DNA of 60,725 bases, filler included, from Sphacelaria rigidula (Eukaryota): NCBI GenBank assembly GCA_964200075.2. It is 7 parts of 7 records of this genome, joined end to end, with 100 filler letters (N's around TTAATTAATTAA, not from the genome) between each part and the next. Parts side by side here need not be neighbours in the genome. Positions count along the whole stretch, not along the records: positions 1 to 8,590 come from CAXNAA020010672.1; positions 8,691 to 17,280 come from CAXNAA020010673.1; 5 more parts are not named here. One strand, written 5' to 3'. A model generated the notes under the pieces. It was not told the origin of the DNA, did not search any database, and saw only the letters and a program-made list of their open reading frames with translations. The translations under genes were made by a program, and so were the position numbers. Positions 1-12,000 of the stretch are shown one piece after another; position 1 is the first letter of the stretch; each line of letters opens with the position of its first letter.

Positions 1-63
1 GGATGCGTGGTCAATGATCAAACGACTAAGGCAAGCAACAAATGAGTACGCCCCCCCCCCCCC
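1..63. repeat. Dispersed repeat family A (GGGGCGTACTCATTTGTTGCTTGCCTTAGTCGTTTGACC)
   Basis: Copies at 1-63, ~4326-4384, 8538-8590, 12241-12288, 20877-20930 and ~34614-34658, in both orientations. Confidence 0.9.
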
Positions 64-215
64 ATACTACATGATATTTCATATACCTTAGTCATGTTTT
101 TCCGGAGGGTGTATGATATGAAATGATATTTTTTATGACTTTATATCATATACCCTATATGGAGCTTTTTCAGCAAAATGTGACTAGAAGGGTATATGAT
201 ACGTGGTATATGATA

Positions 216-281
216 TATAGGCCTATATCAGGTGATATGTAGGCCTATATCGGGTGATATATAAACCTATATCAGATGATA
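216..281. repeat. 22-bp tandem repeat x3 within an AT/TATATC-rich repeat region
   Basis: TATAGGCCTATATCAGGTGATA / TGTAGGCCTATATCGGGTGATA / TATAAACCTATATCAGATGATA. Confidence 0.75.
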
Positions 282-2590
282 CTAGACAATTTGATGCCTG
301 TATCAGGTGATCTACAGTGTATATATGACTGCATTACGTGATGCATATGTAAGATATCGGCTTATATCGGTGCAATGTGCTATATAGTGCGCGATAACTG
401 GGACCGCCTACTGTACACAAAAGGGGACGCACACGTCTGCCAGACTTTAATCACGAGTACTGAGGTGAAGTTTTGACGCGATGAGCGGCGCCCAGGCACC
501 TTAATCCCCGGCTACATGCGAGTCTCGGCAGCAGTCGCCTTCGACTGCGCCCACCCCCCAACACCGCCCCCAGCCCGTCTTCGACCACTGCCAAAACCGC
601 AAGGATCGACACGTGCTTCTCGTAACGAGTGGGGGGCGGGATGCAGCTAGGGGGTGGCGTGAAATTTATTTTCTCGGGGTTTCGGAGTAGTGCAACTCCG
701 TGCTAGGCGAATCGAGCTTCCAGTGTTTTTTCCCTTGCACCTGAACCTTCGATGTTTTGATTTGCTGGAGTTTTCATTGCTTTGGTTTGATTTTTCGGTC
801 GGGGTTCGTCCGGTTGCAGTCGGTCGAAGGAGCATCGTATCATAATAGCCGCCTGACCTGTGATATGCCCTGAAGGTCGGAGGTCGGAGGGATCACGTAT
901 GGGGCGCCAGCAATAATAAAAAAGGAACATGGATATTCTCATGATACATGTCATTGTCGTTATTGATCGCAATGCTACTGCTTTCTGCACGTCTGCACTT
1001 CATCACATATATATGTAAATATAACCTCGGAGCAGGTGCGTTTGTTGGAGTCACCAATACAATAGCCACACTGGGCACAGTTCCCAACCAACGACAGGTA
1101 CATGGATGCGAGAGTATCACTGGAAAACGCGACATATATTATATATGCAGGGACCATATATGTAATGCACCACATTATCATGTTCCATATAGGTTAAATA
1201 GCAGGTTATTTCATCATCATGTAGGTCAGATGCCAGGTGATATACGTCACACAGCCAGAAATCACGTGATATATAGCACATATATACTAGATATACTAGA
1301 TATACTAGATATACCCCTATACATCATATACCCTAAATAAATCAGATTCATAGCGATATATGGGAAAATGGGGGGAGTATATTATGAACATGACTACGAA
1401 TATATCGACTTTTATGACATATCACCTTTCTCGGAAGGGGTATATATAGATACACTATACCTCGAAAAGTTTATATGATACCAGGTTCTAACTGAGGGTG
1501 TTCCGCTCAGCAGTATTTTCGTTTCCACTATTAGACAGCTCCGTGTTTTCTTAGATGATGACGAATGTCGCCGGCTTCAGGGCTGGACGCTGAACACTCG
1601 ACGCCCACGTTTTGTGGAACGCTACACCACGCAGCAAGTATAATCGAATGTAGGAACGACGGACATGAAATTCGTAAGTGAAGGGACGAAAATAGTCGAC
1701 ATTCTGGAACAACACGATGACCTGAGACAAGGGAGGGCGGAGTTTGTCCCCACCTTTGGCTTTTCACCACTCCCCCGCGCGGACCAGCGTTATGGTGTTG
1801 CGAGAGACTGCTGTACTCCCACTACATCGCCTCCTATGTCTTAAAGGCGACACCCATGATCTTGGAATAAGCACCGTTGTATTATTGTAAGTTTAGCGGC
1901 TTCACATTATTCTCACTTTATTCTCGTCAACTAAAACCTTGATGGAAGTCTGGCAGTTTTGTCAATATTGCTGGTCGAGCAATTCCCCTAGACTTGGATT
2001 TGTTTCGAACTGGTATTTTTCCGCTCCTGCTGTGCTGATTTCACACACAGAAATCTCCTGCTTGGCAGTGTATCAGAAGAAAGAGAGATAAAGATATGTA
2101 CATGGCCTACGGATCATCGGCGGTCCGTTGCAAAACGTTTAACGGAATTGCACCCGTGCCATTAATGAAACAACGCGACGGAGGTTGATTGGTCAGACTT
2201 ACAAATACCGGGACGTCACAATGTGCCTATCGTAGCTGTAGTTCATGGCCCGTATTCACAACTCGGACTATATACTCGCAGTGTTGTGCTGACTTTCAGG
2301 CACAAAGAGCAGGCTGGTCGACAGAATGCAAACTCTAAACAAGCGAACGAACAACGTGATAGCTGTCCTACGTGCAGCGTATAGAATAATGTATGCCGTG
2401 AGTGCAGTACGGGGTCCAGAGTGGCATGAATTCCCTGGTGTGCGGTGAAAGCGCTGTGTGCTGCATGTTGATAATCGTGACCGTCTTGACTGCTTCACCA
2501 ATGCTCAAATACCCGACACAAAGTCGACGATATCTCCATCCACACAGCACGTAATGCGTCATATCTATTTATTATGGACAGCTAGAAACG

Positions 2591-3531
2591 GCCTGGATTC
2601 GTTTTTGAGGTTCAACATTTGGGTGAGGTTCAACGGACCATCAAAATTTCATTTATTTTATTCAAAAGGCTCGGAATTCGCAACCGCTTTCGACCATGTA
2701 ATCCTTTCCTACAAATCCCATCTGAGGGGGAGGGTGCCAGCGCTTTTCGCCGTTGGATCAGACCCCGTTTCGGACCGTCAGGAGGGATATTCAAACTACA
2801 GCTGCCGCGGGTTCTAAATTTTAAAAAACAGCCATTTTGCAAGCGCGTTGCACTTCAGCGGTATTGTTCGACAGCCTCACCGCGAAACCGGTTCTCAACA
2901 CAGCCACGGCGGAGGTAGCCATACAAGGCGTGATAGCTGGTTCAGACTGGATGAAGCGCCTCGCATGGGCACTACTGGCGGAACAACGTCAGGCGTGGGA
3001 CTAACCCTTGCCCCCGTTGTGTGTGTCTGCAGGTTTATTGTGCGGGGCATCCATTTTATCCAACTGACGACTGTGCTGTAGTGATGATGCTGTACTCTGG
3101 TGATGGTATATTTCAGCGGACTGCTGGATGATGCTGGGTTTCAAAGATCACTGGCGTCTGTCCCCGCATTGGATCGTTTCGCTGACGGCGGTCGTCGCCG
3201 GCGCAACACTATGAAGTCTCTCTCAGATACTCAACAAGAGGCGCTCGAAAACTCGATGACTAGTCCAAAGAAGTATGTTTTCAGCATGCTTTGTTACGTG
3301 TTCTGTAGCGCTTAGACGCAGGGATTGCTCGAAAGATGCCGAACAATAAATGACGGCGTTTTTTTGTTGGACTGCTCATCATCATGCTTGCGCTGCCGTG
3401 CAGAAACTTCTGGGTAAGGATTACATGGTCGAAAGCGGTTGCGAATTCCGAGCCTTTTGAATAAAATAAATGAAATTTTGATGGTCCCTTGAACCTCACC
3501 CAAATGTTAAACCTCGAAGACGAATCCAGGC
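2591..3531. mobile_element. Non-autonomous DNA transposon with ~116-bp TIRs
   Basis: 2591-2706 is a near-perfect reverse complement of 3416-3531. No clear TSD. Confidence 0.85.
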
Positions 3532-4715
3532 TGTTCAGGATCGATACAAGATAGTTCGTCAAGTTCCCGCGTCATACATCGATGTCGCAAATAAAAAAGC
3601 AGAGGTGAAGATGGAACCACTGGCAGCAAAAATCACACGGTTGCATGAGGCTGCCGGCACAACCTTAGCGTTGAACGATGCCCGCTAGCTTGCCTTCATT
3701 TTTCGTGCAGTGAAATTATACGCTGGGTAGTACAGGTCGAGGTCCGTAGCATCACGTCTCGGATGCCGGCAAAGGGAATAGTCATCGTTTTCGTACAAGA
3801 ACTACATCCACTGTGCCTATTTTTGCTATATTACCAACGCCAGTTTTTGTGCTGAGGTGGGTACAGTGAAGTCGGAACTCTTGGATGTAGCTATGGATGC
3901 ATCCTATTGGGTGGTGCCGGTGCCACTGTAAGAACATGATGTTATTGAGGCTGCTGACTTCATGTCTTATTTCCAGAGGGATGGTAAACAACATGACCTC
4001 AAATCATTCCGAGCACTACTCGAAAGGGGGCCGTTTTCGAGAGAAGCGCCCATATTCTTCACCAAATTTTACGTGAATTCCCGAATGCGTGTGTCGGCGA
4101 TTCTGGGCACATACTCTAGTTTCAGATATTTCCGCTCAAATCAAGGAGAGACTTACCCCTGCCAGCAGTGGTAGAGCCATACTCCAAAACGTAATACACG
4201 ACACTGCCAACCCCACGATTTCATTGTTTGGTTCTTGCGAGGGAGGGCGTTGTCGTACTTTTGACGCCCCACCCCACCCCACCCCCTCCCTACTGTCCCC
4301 GTCTCGACTGTGCTCGGGTCTCGGAAGGGATGCGTGGTCAGTAGTCAAACGACAAAGGCAAGCAACAAATGAGTACGTCCCCGCCCTCCCTCCCCCCCCT
4401 CTCCCCTGCTGTCGGTACGAGTCCAGAGATTCAAGGAATCGGCCGATATCTCCCCTGATTGGTGCCTGCCAAATATGTTGTCGATACTTGGGTCAGCACT
4501 TCCGCTGCCAGGCGACCTTCGCCGCATTTGTTCGTTTTTTACGTCTTCACGCTTCGCACGACGGAACCCAGTAAAGTCACTGCTTACAGTCGAGATTTGG
4601 ACGCACTAGATTCGCCCAACTTGGCAGCTGGTGTCACGCTTTGCCCACGAGGACGCGGAAGCATCTACTGTGCTCTTCTAAACAGCAGCAGAAACAAACT
4701 CGTGGAATATCTCGC

Positions 4716-6740
4716 CTGCCAACGCCACGAGATGACCCCATCCGCGCTTAGCTTTACAGCCGCAAAGTCCATCCCCCCTGCGCTGTTTCCACTCGAGCTT
4801 CCGTCGGTGTATCCCGACACTACCACCGATCCATCCAACCCGGCCGCAATGCCTTTGGCGATGTCGTCTCCACTTGTTCCTCCCTGGAGAAAATAACAAA
4901 AATGGAAATTGTGTGTATACATATAATTGAGTGTAGATTCATACCATATAACCTTGACGCCTCGTTCGCGCAACATTGCGAGCTAACCTCTGAGGACCAT
5001 TCCAAATGTCGGCCATTCACGTGCGTGAAGTATGCAGGTACCCGCGAGGCCATGCCCATAGCCTCTGGCAGAACACTTTTCGTGCGGTGCCCTTGATTAG
5101 ACGGGGTCATCATGATATATATAGGTGTGTATATGCATGTGTTTTTCATACATTCAACTCCTCCCCTTACGTCGAGATGATTTCGTTGTCTCAAGATATC
5201 AACCCTTCTCTCCGCCGGCACCTGGATATCGCAGGTTGAATCATGACGATCAGTAGTCCCACACCGCGTCGACTGTCAACAGTGGATTCTCGAAAATGGG
5301 GTTGAGAAACAAAAGTAGGTTCAACTCAAAAGCCGTGCTTTCCCTGATCTTAATATATGACAAATGACTTTCATATGGACTACCTCATCCCTCCCGACCT
5401 CCCTAAAACTATTTCGGGGGGTTTCTAGCCTTCCGTTCCCCCAAAAAGTATGTGCGAGAGCACAATTTTGCCTCGATTTCGGGGGTGAAAAAAGGACGAT
5501 TTTTGGCAAAAAATCGTGCCTTCGCACATACTCTTTGGGGGAACAGAAGGCTAGAAATCCCCCGAAATAGTTCTAGGGAGGTCGGGAGGGATGAGGCCGT
5601 CCACATGAAAGTCATTTGACATGAATTCAGGTCATTTGACAACCCCTTCGTCTCTGTGCCTATCAGATACAACATGTCATTGAAGCCAACGGCATGTAGG
5701 TGTAATTTCAGATACACGTGGTGTAGTACGCACCGTCAAAACACAGGATCATTTTTAATGGGCAGAGGTTGATGTGCCAACAGCCACATGGTTGATGACA
5801 TCATGCGATACACGCCAAAGCCTAGAGACGGAGAATATCTATCTCTTGAGGTCGCTGATGACACTGCCTGCGCATGCAGATAGCACAGTACAGTACACAC
5901 TTCAGGGGGGGGGGGATGATTTGCGTGTGACGAGAGACTGCGAGAAGTACAACAGACTATGCGTACGGCACGTCGAAATTTCACAAAGGCGGTTGCTTTA
6001 TGAATGGCTCCTCCCATTCATCGTGCGAAAAAGGTTTCCTTCTGTGATTTTGCATCCTGCGGCACATGGTGTTTTCGTGTACAGGGTCATGCAGGGCAGC
6101 GATCATGTCGATCATAGCAATCACCGTAAACCAGAGTATACTGGAGTCAGGTGGCGCACAAAATGGCATAGTACCACACTACGGAAAGATGCCACACGAA
6201 TACATTTATATTTAGCATAAGAAAACCCCTTGAAGATATTATGTCGAGAGGGAGAATGACCCATTGGTTCACCAGTACACAGCAAGTATATGAAGGATGT
6301 TTCGACTCCTACACGATGAGCACACAATGTGCTGTTCGACACATGATCTGGAAGCAACCGCGCGTCGGCAGGATCAACACCACCCGGCACCACACCTGCC
6401 AGCGCCACTCTTCGCTACCATTCCGAGCAAGTTTGACTACTGCAAAATCCATAGCGCCGGCACTGGCCCCACTCCAATCGCCCTCCGTCCGCCCAGCCAA
6501 CACGACAGACCCCTCAGCCTTGGGTGGGGCAACGACCCCCACGAGCACTTCATCCGAAGCAGTGCCACCTTGCCAAGTCCATATTTCTGTGCCATCGGAG
6601 GCAAGCTCGACTGCAGCAAAGTCGCGTTCGCCTGCGTTGGTGTTGCTCCAGTTTCCTGACGTACTGCCGGCTAAGACTGTGGAGTTGTTGAACAATATCG
6701 TTGCGGCATCGTGCAGGACGTCTTCACCTTCTGTCCCGGC
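4716..6740 (-). CDS. Partial gene for a beta-propeller (SBBP-like) repeat protein; exons 6740-6396 and 4883-4716
   Basis: Three ~57-aa repeats of the form GGTxxDD...SVVLAGxTxGxW...AGxxDFAAVKL...GxExWRWQ. Exon 6740-6396 is 115 codons (tcacag| ... CAG|gtgtg). Exon 4883-4716 is 56 codons (ttttctccag| ... CAG|gcgag). Both are phase 0-0. Start and stop were not found. Confidence 0.8.
5358..5621. mobile_element. Foldback MITE (~113-bp arms) in an intron of the propeller gene
   Basis: CAAATGACTTTCAT...TGCC and GGCA...ATGAAAGTCATTTG are inverted with scattered mismatches. Spacer ~35 bp; ends TG...CA. Confidence 0.85.
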
Positions 6741-8590
6741 CTGTGAGTAAGCGAAGACAGAGGGGTAGCTGAGAGTTAGAGACACGGAGGACGGTCGATA
6801 TGAACGGTAGCTTGAAATAATTAGGAGGATAATTTCGCAGTTTCATGTCGCAGACCTCTTGGAAGTAACGTATTGCGCGAAATTATGGCAGGACACATGC
6901 AGTACACACGATGCGCCGCCAAGCTGCTACCACCGTACATTATAGTGCACACTGTTTACAAGAACGCTTCCACGCCTTGACATCCAAGTTTACAGCGAAA
7001 AGCTCGGCGAAAAGCGATGGGGTGTGAGCAAGTAGCGTGTCGAGCCATAAAGGCCCACCGTTTTGAGCTTCGCCGTGCTGCCGCTGCCGCCTGCTCGTCA
7101 CAAAGGCGACCAATCGCGTAATCCTTCCATGCACACTTGAACTTTGCGAGTCTTTTGTTGCATCTACCTTACCGGCTAAGTTTTCATCTCAGGCGTGAAT
7201 TGACGGAGTAGTTTTGTCCTTGATCCAGCTAAGGTTCTATATCGGGTGTTTTGACATACCCGAAAGCCAATCCATGTGATGATGCAAAAACAAAACCTCA
7301 TACAGTATGCACGGGTGTACAGAATAATACGAGTAGAATGGTCAGTGGAGTCGCACAACACGAGCAGTCGTGGGTCGCGGTCGGAATCTCGTTGGTGTAA
7401 CGCTTGTTCCCTGTGCAGGGTGCATGCTATCTCGCAGATGTGCTGTGATGTGGAAAGAGGATGTCCCTTCTTCAGAAAAACATGTGCATACACAGTAGTT
7501 TTTTATTAAGCAGCGGCAAGCTTTGTGAAATTGTATCTCTGGAGTAGTTTTGAAACCGCAAAATATAACCCTGAAATAGCAAGAAAAGGACATGTCTGTA
7601 TCCGTTGTGATCCTGGGTCGGAGTCGGGAGGCCGCCATTATTATGCAATATCCATCATCAATATGGACATCCAGCTAGAAGATCCATTCATCATGGACAT
7701 CGGGCCCATAGAGCTCGGAAGTGGCACCCGTCATAACTGGTCACTATCATTATAATGGTAATAATGGTATCATAATTGTTATATGAAACAATTGGATAAT
7801 GGCTTGAAGGCATTATTTACCGTTACCAGCTACCAATGCTACAAACAGCACACAGCTACAACAGACAGTACACAACATGCAGCAGCAGTCATGAGCTGCA
7901 GGACACACTTTAGCGCACACAGGGACGCAGAGGACACGCCAGAGCGCAAATCCCGCCCACGATGGAGACCATCGGTGATGTACTCGGCTCAGAAAATCGC
8001 AGCAGCGACACCACAGATCACGCGGGTGCGAAAGAGGCTGAGCCGGCACCAGCACAGCCACCGGGCCGGACGCCCGCTCAGGAGAAGGTACACGGACTCA
8101 AGACTTGGGACAAGATGAAGACCACAAGGGGGATCGCTAAGTTTTAGCTGGATTCCCGCTGTTTCAAAGCTAAACGCAGCTTTGAGGACGAGGACTTCAG
8201 GCGGTGCACAGCACACCCATGGTGCTCTGCCACGTTGCCTGTCTCAAGCTCGCGGTCAGCCTTCACCAACTATGGTTCATACTTCAGTTGTCCTTTGTTC
8301 GATCAAAAATTGAAGAGACCAGAAAAGATGGTCCCATGTGTTTTCGATACAAATTTAATATTGGCCACATTTTTTCTTTGTCGAAAATCCAAGCCAAGTG
8401 CGCTATGGTTTTTCCCTTCGAAATTGATCCAAATTCAACTTATGTTATAGCTCTAGTGAAGCCAAATTGCGTCATAACGTGCCTCCGGCACGGCGCCTCC
8501 AGCGGGGCCTTCAGGAGGCGTCTCAGCCCCCTCTGTCGGGGGGGGGGGCGTACTCATTTGTTGCTTGCCTTAGTCGTTTGACCATTGACC

Positions 8591-8690
8591 NNNNNNNNNN
8601 NNNNNNNNNNNNNNNNNNNNNNNNNNNNNNNNNNTTAATTAATTAANNNNNNNNNNNNNNNNNNNNNNNNNNNNNNNNNNNNNNNNNNNN
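8591..8690. other. Artificial contig linker N44-TTAATTAATTAA-N44 (1 of 6)
   Basis: The same 100-nt spacer occurs at 8591-8690, 17281-17380, 25970-26069, 34659-34758, 43348-43447 and 52037-52136. Its palindromic core puts TAA in all six frames. Confidence 0.98.
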
Positions 8691-8694
8691 ACGA

Positions 8695-8759
8695 AGATTT
8701 TAGTCCTCCGGGTTCTCATCCTCAATGAAAAGCACCATCCTCAACATAGATGATCGGCT
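8695..8759. repeat. Repeat shared (inverted) with the window end, 60661-60725
   Basis: 65 bp with about four mismatches. Both copies lie at contig ends. Confidence 0.9.
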
Positions 8760-9082
8760 GTTTCAAGAAGTGTGCTGCCTCACCCACCATAATTGCGCGT
8801 AAAGGCCAGGCCGGAAGCTAACCTCACTGATGTGAAGATGTCACAGCTGTCCCTTTGTGGTTGTAGGCATGCACTGGGCATTCTGCTGTCGGAAGCGTAG
8901 GAGCAGCGCCAAGGACCGCGTTCCACGCCGTCAAACAAACGAAATATTGAACTTGCTCCGTGGGACGTAAATTAGCGGATGCCTCTCCAGGCTTCGCCAG
9001 ATATTCATGAACCATATCATCGTCTTTTCCCTCTTGCTCCTTCCCCCCCCTACATATGTGGATCAATGACGTACGAGATCAG

Positions 9083-12000
9083 GTCTGGCACTTTTTTCCT
9101 CTGGTTCTGAGTGGGACATACATTCGCCTAACGACACCGGGCCTGCCAATACGGCTATGTGTATCTTTGAACGGAACAAGGCTGTGGACGGGGGTGCCAT
9201 GTACAGCGCCGCCGGGTATGACATGATCACAAACTGTTCGTTTGAGGAAAACTTGGCAGGTATGAGCCAGAGCGTTGTGCCCAGGGATTTCAACTAGAAA
9301 TCTTGCAACTGTATACCGTGGTATTCGATTTGTGAGGGTGCTCAGCAGAGATCGAAACACATGAAACGTGAAGACAACGATATGTCAAATAAGACGGCGA
9401 AAAAAGCTTGGTTCCCTTCCAACAGTGAATGCCGAGCACAGCTGCTGTCTTCCGCATGACGCTCCGTTTCGAATACTTCTGTACCTTCCGCATGAAGCCC
9501 CGTGTTTCACGAAGTTTATGTTTGTCACTTTTCCTTGTTTCTCCAATTTGTTCGTTTCACGGCAGAGGGGTCCGGCGGGGCGTACCTGCATTCCGGAGTT
9601 CTGGTTGAACTTGACGGCTCTAAATTCGTCGGAAATAGAGCCGGTGATGCTGGCCTGGCCGTGTCGAGTCTCGGAGTGGTGAAAGATATTTTCAACACGT
9701 CCTTCGAGTCAAACACCAAGTATTGCCCTTCTGGGGAGTACGGCTACAACATTGATGAATTTGAAGACGAGGTGACCAAGCTACAGTATTGCCGAGTAGC
9801 TTGCCATTAGGTGACTATGCTTCACGTTTCGGTTGGAAATTGTACAAAGTGTACGCTTCACGTTTCTGTTGGAATCGTACAGAGTGTTGAGCCTTGCACG
9901 GATGTAGCATTATAGTCCGTTACTCTCGCTGAAGTTCGCACAGTTCGTTCGCCCGAAGATTGCTCCCGTACGCAGTTGTGATTTTGTCGCTCATTTCATT
10001 GCGGGCTGACTTCATGTGGGGAGACCTGTTCAACCACAGTACACACTACACGCCGACGGTTTCCTCGCGTGTTGCTCTCGTCACTCTGCCCTCGTGCTTG
10101 TTTGGTGAAAGAATCGGTAGCAGCAGTGCATCTCTTACAAACCATACGGGCTGGTTGCCGTCATATCGCTGAGTCCTCCCCGAAAATTGCACGATATATT
10201 GGGGGTAACTCGGTGTTGCCCGAGGGAGTGTCGCCTCGATATGGAACAAAGCATTGTCACACTGTAATGCGTGAGAGGACCGCATCGTGGTTCGAAACAC
10301 CTCAGGATTAACGTTTTTCAAAATCGATAGTCAGTCCCTGCAGGGACCACGCCCCTGACCCTAACCCCCACACTAACCTTAGCCATGGGGGTGTTCAAAC
10401 TTCGATGCGATCCTTTAAGCACGCGGTTTCCTCACGGACTACAACACACTGATACAGAATCCCCACCCTTACGTTTCGTGGTTACATTTCAATCCAGAAT
10501 TGAACTCCTCTTTTCCCCGGACAACGGAAGCAAATGGGTTATGAACTAGACCGGTAAAAAACGCCATGAAAGCTGGAACTGGCGATGAGGGCGCCATTTG
10601 TCGAGCTCATCCAAGTCATAGTTTGAGTTTGGTGAATGTATAACGACGATGGTTGCCCTTCGCTAGTTGATCGCTGACATTCCAGGTATTATCTACTTGT
10701 TCAGTCCGGTCTGCTCCGTTGCTACGTCATCGCTGTGCAGTTTTCTGTCTTTCGACCACAGCGTGTAGGTCGACGTATGGTGAACCAAATGAGATAATGC
10801 AAACACAAATAGAGAAGCGTGACTTATACATGGTGGGGCACTTGATGCAGATGCCGAACGCTAGACTGAGCGGTGGGAAGCGTTCTGAACATAACGCAGT
10901 ATATGCTCAGCACACCTCGAAGTGATGGAGCGGATGTGCGCAAAGCTTTGCTGTTTCATTGCACAACATCTGAAAACAGAAATGATGAGCAGCATCTCAC
11001 AACCACAAGATCCAAGCTACAGCATGCCATGCTATCAAACTTCATGCGACCTTGTCCAGTGCGGACGTGAAGAAAATTGTGCTTTTATCCCCACGTGTTA
11101 CCAGGCTGGTCTTTCTTGTTCCCATCCCCCCACTGACACTCGTTTTTGCTACATACTACAACTGGATTTGTTTTAAATTGCTGCCCACTTCGGACGAGGT
11201 TTTATTGCCACGTAAGCCTCTCGGTTCCTTCATGCGAGGGCTCGCATTCATGACAACCGTTGACAGGTTTTGGCGGGGACAGATACAACAAGCCATTGGA
11301 GCGGCTAGTTCAAATGTAACTGACCAGAATTGACAGTTCAAAGCCCTGAAACCCACGAAAGCTGATGTACGGGCGATGGAGCTACTTCTCCCTCGAGAGC
11401 ACTATCAGGAGCTGACACTGGAATGAACCACCCGCTCTTGCTTTCGTGTTGTTTGCTTGGCAGGTTTCAGGCACCTGCCGTTTCGACGTTGTCTGCAAGG
11501 ACTGCGCAGTCTCATGCAAAGAAATCCCCGACAGCGTCGACGTGATCAACGGTAGTGCCGTTCCAATATGCGAAACGGTGCGCACTCGTCCGATCTTGCC
11601 AGGGATTGCAGAGCGGGAGCGTTACCGGATACACGACGACTGCCTTCCCAACTGCTGATGAAATACCGCTCTGCCGAGAATATTTGCTGCCTAGGATGAA
11701 AAACGTAATCCTTACTCGTATATGACCTCACTCAGATGCTTGATAGTGCTCACATCGATCACCGGTACTGGTGGAGCAGCAGCTGAGGGTGCACAATGCG
11801 ACGAACGTTTTCGATTCTCACCCACCCATCTGCATTCTTGTCCGAAACATTCAGGCTATGGCAGGTGTCGCAGCGTCCGGCGACGGGGGTATGACGCTTT
11901 CAACGCTAAGGCTGGATCGTGGGTACTACCGCACTTCTATCGAAAGTCGAATCGTCCTAAAATGTCACCAGGAGAAGGCTTGCATCGGGGGTGTGGAACC

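Noticed and set aside
2458..3562. Duplicated ORFs RFNIWVRF.GPSKFHLF on opposite strands
   Set aside because: They are translations of a MITE's terminal inverted repeats.
3850..4030. Reverse transcriptase remnant (AMDASYWVVPVPL*EHD)
   Set aside because: Only a faint likeness to LDxxSGYWQ, with no downstream PFGL or YxDD motif.
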